A stretch of 64,000 nucleotides of DNA, taken from the NCBI GenBank assembly GCA_051313645.2, contig JBNRSN020000004.1, forward strand, positions 55,738,001 to 55,802,000. The letters are read 5' to 3'. The stretch is from Centroscyllium fabricii. Lineage: Eukaryota. The position numbers were made by a program, and so were the translations under genes. Below the pieces are notes generated by a model, which saw only the letters and a list, made by a program, of their open reading frames with translations, was not told the DNA's origin and did not search any database. Positions 47,911-59,734 of the stretch are shown piece after piece (positions within the stretch are counted from its first letter, which is position 1; every line of letters begins with the position of its first letter).

Positions 47911-50435
47911 GCTAGAGGAATGGTGCAAAGGAGAGGGATTTAAATTCCTGGGACACTGGAACCGGTTCTGGGGGAGGTGGGACCAATACAAACTGGATGG
48001 TTTGCACCTGGTTTGGACCAGGACCAATGTCATAGGGGGAGTGTTTGCTCGTGCTTTTAGGGAGGGTTTAAACTAAAATGGCAGGGGGTTGGAAACCTGT
48101 GCAGGGAGATAGAGGAAAGGGAATGAGAGGGGATCTCATTGAAACTTATAAAATTCTAACAGGACTAGACAGACTAGATGCAGGAAGGATGTTCCCGATG
48201 GTCAGGGAGTCAGAACCAGTGCTCACAGTCCAAGGATAAGGGGTAAGCCATTTAGGACAGAGATGAGGAGGAATTTCTTCACCCAGAGAGTGGTGAACCT
48301 GTGGAATTCTCTACCACAGAAGGAAAATTCATTTAATATATTCAAGAAGGAGTTAGATATATTTCTTGAGGCTAAAGCAATCAAGGGATATGGAGAGAAG
48401 GCAGGAACAGGGTACTGAATTTGGATGATCAGCCATGATCTCATTGAATGGCGGAGCAGGCTCGAGGGGCCGAATGGCCTAGTCCTGCTCCTATCTTCTA
48501 TGTTTCTATGTTTCTATGGAAGCAATGATGGAAGCAAAAGACAGGAAGGAGAAAAGCAAAATTGGAAGGCACAGAAATCAAGGGTGTAAATCAATCAGGG
48601 TCACAGTAAATAATAATTCTAAAAGGACCATTAAAAAATCAAGCCTGAAGGCTTTGTGTCTTAATGCAAGGAGCGCTCATAATAAGGTGGATGAATTAGC
48701 ATGCGCAAATAGATGTAAACAGATATGATATGATTGGGATTACGGAGACATGTCTCCAGGGTGACCAAGACTGGGAATTCAACATCCAGGGATATTCAAT
48801 ATTCAGGAAGGACAGGAAAAAAGGAAAAGGAGGTGGGGCAGCATTGCTGGTTAAAGAGGAGATTAACACAAAAGTAAGGAAGGATATTAGCTCTGATAAT
48901 GTGGAACCTGTATGGGTAGAGCTGAGAAATACCAAGGGGCAGAAAACGTTAGTGGGAGTTGTATACAGACCCCCAAACAATAATGCTAAGGTTGGGGATG
49001 GCATTTAATGGGAAATTAGAGATGTGTGCAATAAGGGCACAGCAGTTATCATGGGTGACTTTAATCTACATATAGATTGGGCTAACCAAATTAGTAACAA
49101 TACTGTGGAGGAGAAATTCCTAGAGAGTGTATACGGGGTGGTTTCCTGGACCAATATTTTGAGGAACCAACTAGAGATCAATCCATCTTAGACTGGGTAT
49201 TATGTAATGAGAAAGTAATAATCAGCTATCTTGTTGTGCGAGGCCACTTGGGGAGGAGCGATCATAATATGAAGAATCCTTCATTAAAATGGAGAGTGAA
49301 ATAATTGACTCAGAGACTGGGGTCCTGAATTTAAATAAAGGAAACTACGATGGTATGAGGCGCGAGTTGGCTAGGATGGATTGGGGACTGTTACTTAAAG
49401 GGTTGACGGCAGATAGGCAATGGCAACAACTTAAAGATCGCATGGATGAACTACAGAATTTGTTCATCCCTGTTTGCCATAAAAAAAAAACAGAAAAGGT
49501 GACTCAACCGTAGCTAATAAGGGAGATTAGGGAGAGCATAAGATCCAAGGAGAGGACATATAATTTGGCCAGAAAAAAACACAGAAACACAGAAGATAGG
49601 AGCAGGAGTAGGCCATTCAGCCCTTCGAGCCTGCTCCGCCATTTTGATGAGATCATGGCTGATCATCCAAACCCAGCACCCACCTCCTACCCTTTCCCTA
49701 TATCCCCCAACACCCCTAAATCTAAGAATTAAGAACTCTAAAAAGCAGCAAACCTGAGGATTGGGTGCAGTTTAGGATTCTGCAAAGGAGGACAAAGGGA
49801 ATAATTAACAGGGGGGAAATAGATTATGATAGCAAGCTTGCAGGAACAGAAAAAACTGACTGCAAAACTTCTATAGATATGTGAAGAGAAAAAGATTGGT
49901 TAAGTCAAGTGTAGGTCCCTTGCAGTCAGAATCAGGGGAATTTATAATGGGGAACAAAGAAATGGCATTCCAATTAAATATATACTTTGGTTCTGTCTTC
50001 ACAAAGGAGGACACAAATAACCTCCCAGAGATGTCGGGAAACATAGAGTCTAATGAGAGGGAGGAATTGAATGAAATCAGTATTTGTAGGGAAATTGATG
50101 TTAGGGAAATTGATGGGATTGAAGGCCGATAAATCCCCAGGGCCTGATAATCTACATCCTAGGGTACTTAAGGAAGTGGCCCTAGAAATAGTAGATGCAT
50201 TGCTGGTTATCTTCCAAAATTCTATAGACTCTGGAAGAGTTCCCATGGATTGGAGGATAGCTAATGTTACCCCACTATTCAAAAAGGGTGGTAGAGAAAA
50301 AATGGGGAATTATAGCCTGATAAGGCTGACATCGTTAGTGGGGAAAATGCTAGAGTCCATTATAAAAAATGTAATAGCAGAGCACTTGGAAAATTATAAC
50401 AGGATCGGACAAAGTCAACATGGATTTACAAAATT

Positions 50436-50838
50436 GGGCAGCACGGTGCCAAAGTGGTTAGCACTGTTGCCTCACAGCACTAGAGTCCCGGGTTCAAATC
50501 CGGCCTCGGGTACTATCTGTGTGGAGTTTGCACATTCTCCCCGTGTCTGCGTGGGTTTCCTTCGGGTGCTCCGGTTTCCTCCCACAGTACAAAGATGTGC
50601 AGGTTAGGTTGATTAGCCATGATAAATTGACCGTTAGTGTTAGGGGGATTGAATAGGTGGGGTTACGGGGATAGGGTGGGATATGTGTCGGTGCGGGCTC
50701 GATAGTGATCGAGGGATACGGGGACAAGGCAGGAACAGGGTACTGGGTTTGGATGATCAGCCATGATCTCATTGAATGGCGGAGCAGGCTCGAAGGGCCG
50801 AATGGCCTACTCCTGCTCCTATCTTCTATGTTTCTATG
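50436..50838 (+). mobile_element. HE1-like V-SINE
   Basis: Full structure, CAAAA TSD-like flanks. Confidence 0.9.
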
Positions 50839-51010
50839 CAAAAGGTGTATCATGCTTGACTAATCTACTGGAACTTTTGAGGATGTAACTGTTAGAATAG
50901 GTAAGGGAGAACCAGTGGATGTGGTTTGGAATTTTAGAATACTTTCGATAAGGTCTCGCGTAAGAGATTAGTGTGTAAAGTTAAAGCACATGGGATTGGG
51001 GGTAAGGTAC

Positions 51011-54000
51011 TGTGGCGACACGCCCACCAACAACATCGAACCCGCATCGGGAGCGCTGCAAGACGGTCCCGCCCACCAGGCGGCGTGCTGACGTCACCGC
51101 GACTTCCGGCGTGATGACGTCGCCAGGTGGAGACCCGGCAGTGACGTCACCTACCTGGGCTCCAGGTGGCTCAGTCTCTTTTCCACCTAGCCCTAGCTAC
51201 AGTAACAATAAATGTTAACCTTCCGACTCATCTGTGTCCAGTGTGGTTCTTCGGCCCTGCATGCCTCTACAGTGGTGACCTCGATACTTGGGACGATTTC
51301 CAAGAGATCAATGAAGCAGTCGCTGCAGGACTGAGGGCCAAGCTGCCTCAGTTGAATCGCAACCACCATGCCAGCAGGGATCGAAACAGCACGCCACCAC
51401 AGACAGGGCCAGCACTTCGGCCACATCCCAATCCTACCTGAGTTCTGGGAACTCCGTCCAGCGGCCTGGTTCCTCAACACTGAGAACACCTTCCGCATCC
51501 ATGGCGTGCAGGGGGACGATCGCTACAGCCTGCTCTTCGCAGCCCTTGCGCAGCCCACAATCGACCGAATGTGGGACTCCATCGAGCAAGAACCAACTGC
51601 TGGCAGGTATGAATCGCTTAAGGCCGCGCTGCTCCAAAAATTTACCCCCACCATTTTTGAGCGCGACTGCCAAGTCATTAATCTCCCCGACCTGGGGGAC
51701 GCAGACCCCACCGACCTGTGGGCCCAATTCGAAGCGCTTAACCCAGACCCGGCCACTCTCAAGCGCGCCTTGTACCTCCTTAAACTGCCCCACTCCGTCA
51801 GACCGGCTCTGACGCTCCTGGAGCACCTCTCAACCAAGCAACTAGCTCAGGAGGCAGACAAGCTGATAAAGGCCGAGCGCACCCGCGCCACCATGCACCG
51901 TAACGCTACCGCTCCACCGGAGCAGCACTACGCGCACCCCAGGCACCAAGCCAGAGCGGTGCGGACCCACAAAAAGCCATGCACTACGGGCCCAGGCTGG
52001 TGCTACTACCACACCAGGTTTGAAGCCAAAGCGCAGCGCTGCATCCAGCCCTGCACCTTCAAACCCCAAACCAGCCCAAGCCACACAATGTCCGTAGGCC
52101 GCTCCGGAGCACTGCTCTTCGTTACAGACAGTTGCTCAGGCCTCCGCTTCCTCTGCGACACAGGCACGCAGCACAGCATCGTGCCAGCCTCCTCCGCAGA
52201 AACCAAGCAGGGTACCCAAGGCCCACCACTCGAGGCCGCAAACGGCTCCGAAATAGTCACGTTCGGCACCCGCCAGCTTACCATCAAGCTGGCAGGCCAC
52301 ACGTACACGTGGGACTTTATCACAGCCCAAGTTAAAATACCCCTACTCGGGGCCGACTTTCTGCGCGCCCACGGCCTCCTGGTCGACGTTACCCGACGCC
52401 GCCTGGTCGACATCCACAACATGTCGACCATCCCATGCTCCACAAGGCCGGCACACCAGACCCACGCAGCATCCCACTGCCGAGCCCGGAACTCCGACAC
52501 GTACGCCACGCTGCTCGCGGAGTTCCCAGCCCTAACCAACCCCACCTTCACAGCCCGCACGGCCAAGCACGGGGTGGAGCACCACATCACCACCACAGGC
52601 CCCCCAGTCCATGCCCACGCACGCAGGCTGGACCCGGCCAAGCTGGAGATCGCGCGCGCCGAGTTCCACATCATGGAACAACTCGGCATTATCCGCCGCT
52701 CCAGCAGCCCCTGGGACTCCCCCCTCCACATCGCCCCCAAACCCGGCGGCGGCTGGCGCCCCTGCAGAGACTACCGCCGCCTCAACAATGCCACCACCCC
52801 GGACAGGTACCCCGTCCCCCACATCCAAGATTTCTCAGCCAGGCTAGCCGGCTGCACGGTCTTTTCCAAGATCGACCTGGTACGGGGCTACCACCAGGTA
52901 TCGGTGCACCCGGCGGACGTCCCTAAGACAGCCGTCATTACCCCATTCGGCCTGTTTGAATTCCTCCGAATGCCCTTAGGACTCAAAAACGCGGCCCAGG
53001 CCTTCCAGCGCCTCATGGACTCAGTCCTACGGGAGTTGCAGTTCACGTTCGTCTATCTCGACGACATCCTCGTGGCCAGCGCCTCCCCCCAGGAACACCT
53101 CGTCCATCTCAGGGCCCTTTTCAACCGTCTGGCCAAACACGGCCTTATATTAAGCCCCTCCAAGTGTCGATTCGGCCTCGAGGCTATCGACTTCCTCGGC
53201 CACCACATCTCCCAGACCGGGGCCATACCCCTGCCCTCCAAGGTGCAGGCGGTCCAGGAATTCCCCCGCCCGCACTCCATCAAGGGGCTGCAGGAATTCC
53301 TTGGGATGGTTAACTTTTACAACCGTTTCATCCCCCGAGCAGCCGCTCTCATGGCCCACCTCTACCACGCCACCCGCGGGCAGTCCAACAAGGCCGCGGT
53401 CGAGTGGACGGCCGAAGCCTCCACCGCCTTCACCGCAACCAAAACTGCCCTAGCCAACGCCACGCTCCTCAGCCACCCTAGGCCCAACGCCAGAGTAGCC
53501 CTCACCACCGACGCCTCCGACCACGCTGTCGGAGCAGTCTTTCAGCAGTGGACGGGCGACTCCTGGCAGCCCCTGGCCTTCTTCAGCCGACAGCTCCGGC
53601 CCCCGGAGGTCAAGTACAGCGCCTTTGATAGGGAGCTACTCGCTCTCTACCTCGCGGTGCGCCACTTCCGCTTCTTCCTAGAGGGCCGCCACTTCACAGC
53701 CTTCGTGGATCACAAGCCACTTGTGTCCGCAATGGCCAAGATCTCTGAACCCTGGTCGGCCAGGCAGCAGCGCCAGCTCGCGGCTGTGTCGGAATTCATT
53801 ACCGACATCCAGCACATCGCCGGCCGCGACAACGTGGTCGCTGACTGCCTCTCACGGCCCACCATCGACAAACCGGCCTCCGACCACCCCCCACGCCCCA
53901 CCATCGACAACGTGGTCGCCGACTGCCTCTCACACCCCACCACCGACAGCGTCTGTGCGCACTGCCTCTCACGCCCCACCATCAACTTCGTCCAAACGGC

Positions 54001-55788
54001 CGTCGACTATGCCAAAATGGCGGCCGATCAACTAACCGACCCTGACCTGCTCGACCCTACCACCAACCTCCCCGGCCTGCTCTTGGCCACCGTAGCACAC
54101 GGACCCACAGCCACAGAGATCCGCTGCGACATCTCCCTCCCCCAGCCCAGACCCGTCGTCCCCCACACATGGAGGCGACACATCTTCCAGACCCTCCATG
54201 ACCTGTCCCACCCCGGTATCCGCGCGTCCACCAAACTCATCTCTGCGCGATTCGTTTGGCGCGGCCTACGCAAAGATGTCCGTGCCTGGACCAACTCGTG
54301 CAATGCCTGCCAGCGCGCCAAGGTGCACACCCACATCAAGGCACCGCTCGAAACCATCGCCATCCCAGCTAGACGCTTCAGCCATGTACACGTCGACCTG
54401 GTCGGACCACTACCACCATCACGTGGACATTCACACATCCTAACGATGGTCGACCGCACCACCCGCTGGCAAGAAGCGGTCCCCCTCACCCCTACCACCA
54501 CCGCCGACCTGGCCAGGGCCTTCATTGCCACCTGGGTCGCCCGTTTTGGCGTCCCCACCGACATCACATCAGACAGGGGCCCCCAATTTACCTCAACCCT
54601 ATGGGCAACCATTACCCACGACCTCGGGGCAACCCTGCACCGAACCACCGCCTACCACCCTCAGGCCAACGACCTCTGCGAACGGTTCCACCGATCCTTC
54701 AAAGCTTCCTTGCGAGCCAGCTTCCAAGACGCGACCTGGACCGACCGCCTACCCTGGGTAATGCTCGGCCTGCGTTCAGCGGCCAAGGAAGACCTGCACG
54801 CCTCAGCAGCTGAACTGGTCTATGGCCAACCACTAACTGTACCGGGCGAGTTCGTGGCAGAAACCAACGAACCCTGGTCAGCCGAGCGCTGCCTCAAAGA
54901 CTTTAATAATCAGGCAGCCACATTCAAACCACTTCCGGTGGCCCGGCACGGACAGCCGGCAGCACGTGTTCCAGACGGCATCCAAAATGCCAAGTATGTG
55001 TTTGTCCGCCACGACGCACATCGAACACCACTACAACCACCGTACGACGGACCATTCAGGGTGCTTCGGGTGGGACCCAAAACTTTTCAAATTAAAATGG
55101 GCAATAGAGCCGAGACTGTCTCAATTGACCGGCTCAAACCGGCACACGTAATGGTGGGCGAGACAACAGTCCCCGCACAGCCACCAAAGCGCGGACGCCC
55201 TACTGCACCAAACCCCGCCCACACTCCTACGCAGAACAAGGAGCAGCGCACGACACGTGCTGGCCGCATCATCAGGCCACCTCAGCGCCTCGCCTGTGAC
55301 GACACGTGCAGGCCACATCATCAGCCCGCCTCAACATCGCATTCGGAACATGGAACAGCGCACGACACGTGCGGGCCACACCATCAGGCCACCTCGGCAA
55401 ACCGCCGGACATTCCATGTTATACTCGAAATTTGTGTGTGCTCTCCTTTATGTCTCCTTCTCCTCTAGGTCTATCCTTGCTCTCCCTCACGGATTCTGGG
55501 GGGGAGCTGTGTGGCGACACGCCCACCAACAACATCGAACCCGCATCGGGAGCGCTGCAAGACGGTCCCGCCCACCGGGCGGCGTGCTGACGTCACCGCG
55601 ACTTCCGGCGTGATGACGTCGCCAGGTGGAGACCCGGCAGTGACGTCACCTACCGCGGGACCTTTAAATACCTGGGCTCCAGGTGGCTCAGTCTCTTTTC
55701 CACCTGGCCCTAGCTACAGTAACAATAAATGTTAACCTTCCGACTCATCTGTGTCCAGTGTGGTTCTTCGGCCCTGCATGCCTCTACA
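51011..55788 (+). mobile_element. Full-length Gypsy LTR retrotransposon, CsRN1/Kabuki-like
   Basis: LTRs 51011-51271 and 55510-55788 (TG...CA), GTAC TSD, PBS tggtgacctcga (tRNA-Trp-like), PPT ggggggag before the 3' LTR. Confidence 0.97.
51368..55468 (+). CDS. gag-pol: Gag-Pol polyprotein (gag CHCC, PR, RT, RNase H, IN), 1366 aa, open
   Basis: CYYH..F..KA..C..PC gag motif, LCDTG protease, YLDD RT, TDAS RNase H, HHCC and D-D-E integrase, GPF motif. Confidence 0.95.
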   Translation: MPAGIETARHHRQGQHFGHIPILPEFWELRPAAWFLNTENTFRIHGVQGDDRYSLLFAALAQPTIDRMWDSIEQEPTAGRYESLKAALLQKFTPTIFERDCQVINLPDLGDADPTDLWAQFEALNPDPATLKRALYLLKLPHSVRPALTLLEHLSTKQLAQEADKLIKAERTRATMHRNATAPPEQHYAHPRHQARAVRTHKKPCTTGPGWCYYHTRFEAKAQRCIQPCTFKPQTSPSHTMSVGRSGALLFVTDSCSGLRFLCDTGTQHSIVPASSAETKQGTQGPPLEAANGSEIVTFGTRQLTIKLAGHTYTWDFITAQVKIPLLGADFLRAHGLLVDVTRRRLVDIHNMSTIPCSTRPAHQTHAASHCRARNSDTYATLLAEFPALTNPTFTARTAKHGVEHHITTTGPPVHAHARRLDPAKLEIARAEFHIMEQLGIIRRSSSPWDSPLHIAPKPGGGWRPCRDYRRLNNATTPDRYPVPHIQDFSARLAGCTVFSKIDLVRGYHQVSVHPADVPKTAVITPFGLFEFLRMPLGLKNAAQAFQRLMDSVLRELQFTFVYLDDILVASASPQEHLVHLRALFNRLAKHGLILSPSKCRFGLEAIDFLGHHISQTGAIPLPSKVQAVQEFPRPHSIKGLQEFLGMVNFYNRFIPRAAALMAHLYHATRGQSNKAAVEWTAEASTAFTATKTALANATLLSHPRPNARVALTTDASDHAVGAVFQQWTGDSWQPLAFFSRQLRPPEVKYSAFDRELLALYLAVRHFRFFLEGRHFTAFVDHKPLVSAMAKISEPWSARQQRQLAAVSEFITDIQHIAGRDNVVADCLSRPTIDKPASDHPPRPTIDNVVADCLSHPTTDSVCAHCLSRPTINFVQTAVDYAKMAADQLTDPDLLDPTTNLPGLLLATVAHGPTATEIRCDISLPQPRPVVPHTWRRHIFQTLHDLSHPGIRASTKLISARFVWRGLRKDVRAWTNSCNACQRAKVHTHIKAPLETIAIPARRFSHVHVDLVGPLPPSRGHSHILTMVDRTTRWQEAVPLTPTTTADLARAFIATWVARFGVPTDITSDRGPQFTSTLWATITHDLGATLHRTTAYHPQANDLCERFHRSFKASLRASFQDATWTDRLPWVMLGLRSAAKEDLHASAAELVYGQPLTVPGEFVAETNEPWSAERCLKDFNNQAATFKPLPVARHGQPAARVPDGIQNAKYVFVRHDAHRTPLQPPYDGPFRVLRVGPKTFQIKMGNRAETVSIDRLKPAHVMVGETTVPAQPPKRGRPTAPNPAHTPTQNKEQRTTRAGRIIRPPQRLACDDTCRPHHQPASTSHSEHGTAHDTCGPHHQATSANRRTFHVILEICVCSPLCLLLL

Positions 55789-56611
55789 GTACTGTCTTAG
55801 ATAGAGAACTAGTTGGCAGACAGGAAGTAAAGAGTTGGAATAAAGCGGTCTTTTTCCGAATGGCAGGCAGCGACTAGTGGGGTACTGCAGGGATCGGTCC
55901 TTGGACCCCAGCTTTTCACAATATATATTAATGATCTAGATGAGGGAACTAGATGTAATATCTCCAAGTTTGCAGATGACACAAAGCTGGGTGGGCGTGT
56001 GTGCTGTGAGGAGGATGCAGAGAAACTCCAGTACGATTTGGACAAGTTGGGTGATTGGGCAGATGCATGGTGAATGCAGTATAATGCGGATAAATGCAAG
56101 GTTATTTACTTCGGTGGCAAAAACAGGAAAACAGATTATTGTCTGAACGGCATTAGATTTGGAAAAGGGGAAGTGCAACAAGACCTGGGGCTCCTTGTGC
56201 ACCAGTCGCTGAAGGTGCAGCAGACAGTTAAGGAAGGAAAATGGTACATGGCCTTCATAGCGAGAGGATTCAAGTACAAGAGGAAGGATGTCTTGCTGCA
56301 GTTGTACAGGGCCTTGGTGAGACCACACCTTGAGTATTGTGTGCAGTTTTGGTTGCCTTATCTGAGGAAGGATGTTCTTGCCATGGAGAGAGTTCAGCGA
56401 AGATTCACTAGACTGATACCTGGGATGGCAGGAATGACACATGAGGAGAGATTGGGTCGATTAGGCTTATATTCGCTGGAGTTTCGAAGAATGAGAGCTG
56501 ATCTCATTGAAACTTATAAAATTCTAACAGGATTAGACAGGTTAGATACAGGAAGGATGTTCCTGATGGCAGGGAGTCCAGAACCATGGGTCACAGTCTA
56601 AGGATAAGGGC

Positions 56612-56922
56612 AAGAAGTCACACAACACCAGGTTATAGTCCAACAGTTTTATTTTAAATCACAAGCTTTCGGAGCGTAGCACCTTCATCAGGTGTATGTA
56701 AAAGAGATTCATTTAAACACAGCTTGTGATTTCAAATAAAGCTGTTCGACTATAACCTGGTGTTGTGTGACTTCCTACAATTGTCCACCCCAGTCCAACA
56801 CCAGCACCTCCACATCATGTTATAATTAGAGAAATGCAAGAAGTCACACAACACCAGGTTATAGTCCAACAGCTTTACTCTAAATCACAAGCTTTTGGAG
56901 CGTCTGCCCCTTCGTCAGGTGA
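56612..56922. mobile_element. Cluster of three Penelope-like terminal repeats (minus 56612-56723, plus 56721-56819, minus 56838-56922)
   Basis: Homologous to the 6129 and 12721 copies. An inverted arrangement is typical of Penelope insertions. Confidence 0.82.
56659..56694 (-). ncRNA. Minimal hammerhead ribozyme motif with canonical CUGAUGA
   Basis: CAC-CUGAUGA-A-GGUGC UAC GCUCC-GAAA-GC-UU-GUG, with one U-U mismatch in stem II. Confidence 0.65.
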
Positions 56923-57720
56923 AAGAGAAGCTGACTTAAAGAATGCACATATGGGAGGAAGAGAGAAATCTGATCTCCCACATCTCACCTTAGCAGAGAC
57001 AGACAGAGCACACAAAGGCAGCGGTATAAGTGAGTAAAACTTACGCAAAACAAAACAATCTCAGAGTAAAGATATTTAAAAGTAATCTCTGCAGTGTTCT
57101 AACCACAAATCGTTCGGGCAGCTAAAATGGCGGCTTCCAATGCACTGACCGCAAATATGCTCCCCATTATGAACTGGGAAGCCGACGATGTCGTGGAAGC
57201 TTTCCGGAAATTTAAGCAAAAATGTGAACTTACTTTTAAAAGCTTTCTAAAAAGCTCCGGCGATGAAGAAAAAGTCAGCTACATGCTACTGTGTGCAGGA
57301 GAAAAAGGCTTAGATTTCTATAACAGCTGGCGATTGTCCAAAGAGGATAAAACGACCTCTACGAAAATTTATGAAAGGTTCAGTAACCATCTCGAGCCTA
57401 AATCAACCTACTGCATACACAGGTATAAATTCCAAAGCATAAGACAGGAACCAGATGAAACGGCCGACGATTTCCTGACGAGACTAAAAAACGAAGCCAG
57501 CAAATGCAAGTTTACGGAACTAGAAGAAAGATTAGTAGACCAATTAATATGGGGATCAGCGCATGCAGGAGTGCAAAAAGAACTAATAGGGAAAGAAAAG
57601 CTCAGAATAACCGAAGCTTTAAATGCAGCGAGGGCTCACAAGGCCACAAAACAACAGATAAAAATGCTGAATACTCATACGGCTGGCATGTGGACAACTC
57701 CTGAGCCTGATCAGAGAGTA

Positions 57721-58132
57721 ACATAGAAACATAGAAACATAGAAGATAGGAGCAGGAGTAGGCCATTCGGCCCTTCGAGCCTGCTCCGCCATTCAATGAG
57801 ATCATGGCTGATCATCCAAACCCAGTACTCTGTCCCTGCCTTGTCTCCATGCCCCTCGATCCCTATCGAACCTGCATATCCCACCTGATCCCTGTAACCC
57901 CACATATTTAATTCCCCTAACACTAAGGGTCAATTTATCCTGGCCAATTAACCTAACCCGCACATCTTTGGACTGTGGGAGGAAACTGGAGCACCCGGAG
58001 GAAACCCACGCAGACACGGGGAGAATGTGCAAACTCCACACAGATAGGACCCGAGGCTGGATTTGAACCCGGGTCTCCAGTGCTGTGAGACAGCAGTGCT
58101 AACCACTGTGCCACCGTGCCACCGTGCCCACC
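57721..58132 (-). mobile_element. HE1-like V-SINE
   Basis: Full structure, GAGTA TSD. Confidence 0.9.
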
Positions 58133-59197
58133 GAGTAGATGCAGTGCGCAAAAAGAACACAAAAAGACAAGTATATGACAGCAGGAAAAATACGTGTAGG
58201 AACTGCGGAAGACAACACGACTACACAGACGGAAGAAAATGCCCAGCTTATGGTACAAGATGCAACACGTGTGATAAAGCAAACCACTGGCAAAAGATGT
58301 GCAGAGCTAAAAGAGAGGGGTGACACACCAAAAGGTGGACAGCAAAACCAGCAAAAGAAAAACAAAATCCATACCATGGGTGAGCAAGATGATGAAGACT
58401 GCGGGTATGACAAAACTATGAACATTGAAACAATAAAGGTTCTCTCACACAAAACAAGCACCCCAAAGAAAGAATGGCACACTACCATCCAGATTAGAAA
58501 GAGGATCGAAGGACAGCCCACAACTGTCAATCTAAAAGTAAAGTTGGACACAGGAGCTCAGAGCAACATCCTTCCACTGAGAATATACCAGAGCATCTGC
58601 CCCAAAAACTTGGGTGAAGATAGATACTCGTAAAGAGGATGTCTAAAAGCAAACAATGTCACACTGACAGCGTATGGGGGGAGCAAGATCAGACAACTCG
58701 GAATAACCTATATAAAAGGAACACACAAAAGCAGAAACATCAACTGCATGTTCTATGTGACCGACACCGAAGGACCGGCGATCCTGGGATTAAACAGCTG
58801 CGTGAAGCTGGGGTTAATCTCGATAAACCACGAACTAACAAAAACATCACTGAAAGTCGACAGCAACACCCCACTGGAAAAACATCCACAAATCAAGGAC
58901 ATGAAACATGTGATGGACATGTATTCAGAGTGTTTTGACAACACAGTAGGATGCTTCGGGGAGTTCAAGTACCATATAACAGTAGATCCAGAGGTAAAGC
59001 CCGTCATCCATGCCCCAAGAAAAATACCAATCGAGCTAAAGGAAAAATGATACGTAGAACTCAAAGAAATGGAAGAGAAAGAGATAATCGCAAAGGTCAC
59101 TGAACCCACAGACTGGGTAAACTCGATTGTGTTACGGGAAAAGCCGAACGGGCGGCTCAGAATCTGTCTGGACCCCAAGGACTTAAACCAGACAATA

Positions 59198-59698
59198 GGG
59201 GCGGTGGTGGCATAGTGGTTATGTCACTAGACTAGTAAAGCCAGAGGCTCAGTCAAATGCTCTGAAGATATGGGTTCAAATCCCACCACGGCAACTGGTG
59301 GAATTTAAATTCAATTCAATTTAATTCTGGAATTAAATGTTAGTCTTAGTAATGGTGACCATGATACCATTGTCGATTGTTGCAAAAACCCATCTGGTTC
59401 ACTAATGTCCTTTAGGGAAGGAAATCTGCCGTCCTTACCTGGTCTGGCCTACATGTGACTCCAGACCCACAGCAATGTGGTTGACTCTTAATACCCTCTG
59501 AAATAGCCTAGCAAGCCACTCAGTTGCAAAGAAAAAACAACCGCTACGCAACATTGTGGGTGTACCTACACCATATGGACTGCAGCGGTTCAAGAAGGTG
59601 GCTCACCACCATCTTCTCAAGGGCAATTAGGGATGGGCACTAAATGCAGGCCAAGCCAGCCAGCGACGCCCACATCACATCAACGAATAAAAAAAAAA
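59198..59698 (+). mobile_element. MetaSINE (tRNA head, Meta-type body, Zenon-like LINE tail)
   Basis: A box tggcatagtgg and B box ggttcaaatcc; body aaaaacccatctggttcactaatgtcctttagggaagg...; the last 150 bp or so match the LINE 3' end (25224-25370); poly(A). Confidence 0.85.
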
Positions 59699-59734
59699 GC
59701 GGGACCATTAAACCACACCAACAAATGAAGAAAT

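Larger units (their letters stand above)
47911..56610 (+). mobile_element. Decayed CR1 (ORF1 end plus ORF2) hosting CR1 tails (48121-48515 plus strand, 49580-49735 minus strand), a V-SINE and a Gypsy
   Basis: ORF1 end DGLHL (47911-48076), APE (48640-49270), RT pieces 50071-51010 and 55793-56610. Many stops and frameshifts. Confidence 0.88.
57127..59734 (+). pseudogene. Decayed Mag-like Gypsy gag-pro-RT, interrupted by a V-SINE, a MetaSINE and a second Gypsy
   Basis: Gag 57127-57720, two Zn knuckles CRNCGRQH...CPAYGTRCNTC..NH...C, protease KLDTGA, RT WVNSIV..KPNGRLRICLDP. In-frame stops present and no 5' LTR seen. Confidence 0.88.

Noticed and set aside
56885-56922. Functional hammerhead in the third Penelope copy
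   Set aside because: The conserved GAAA is mutated to AAAA.
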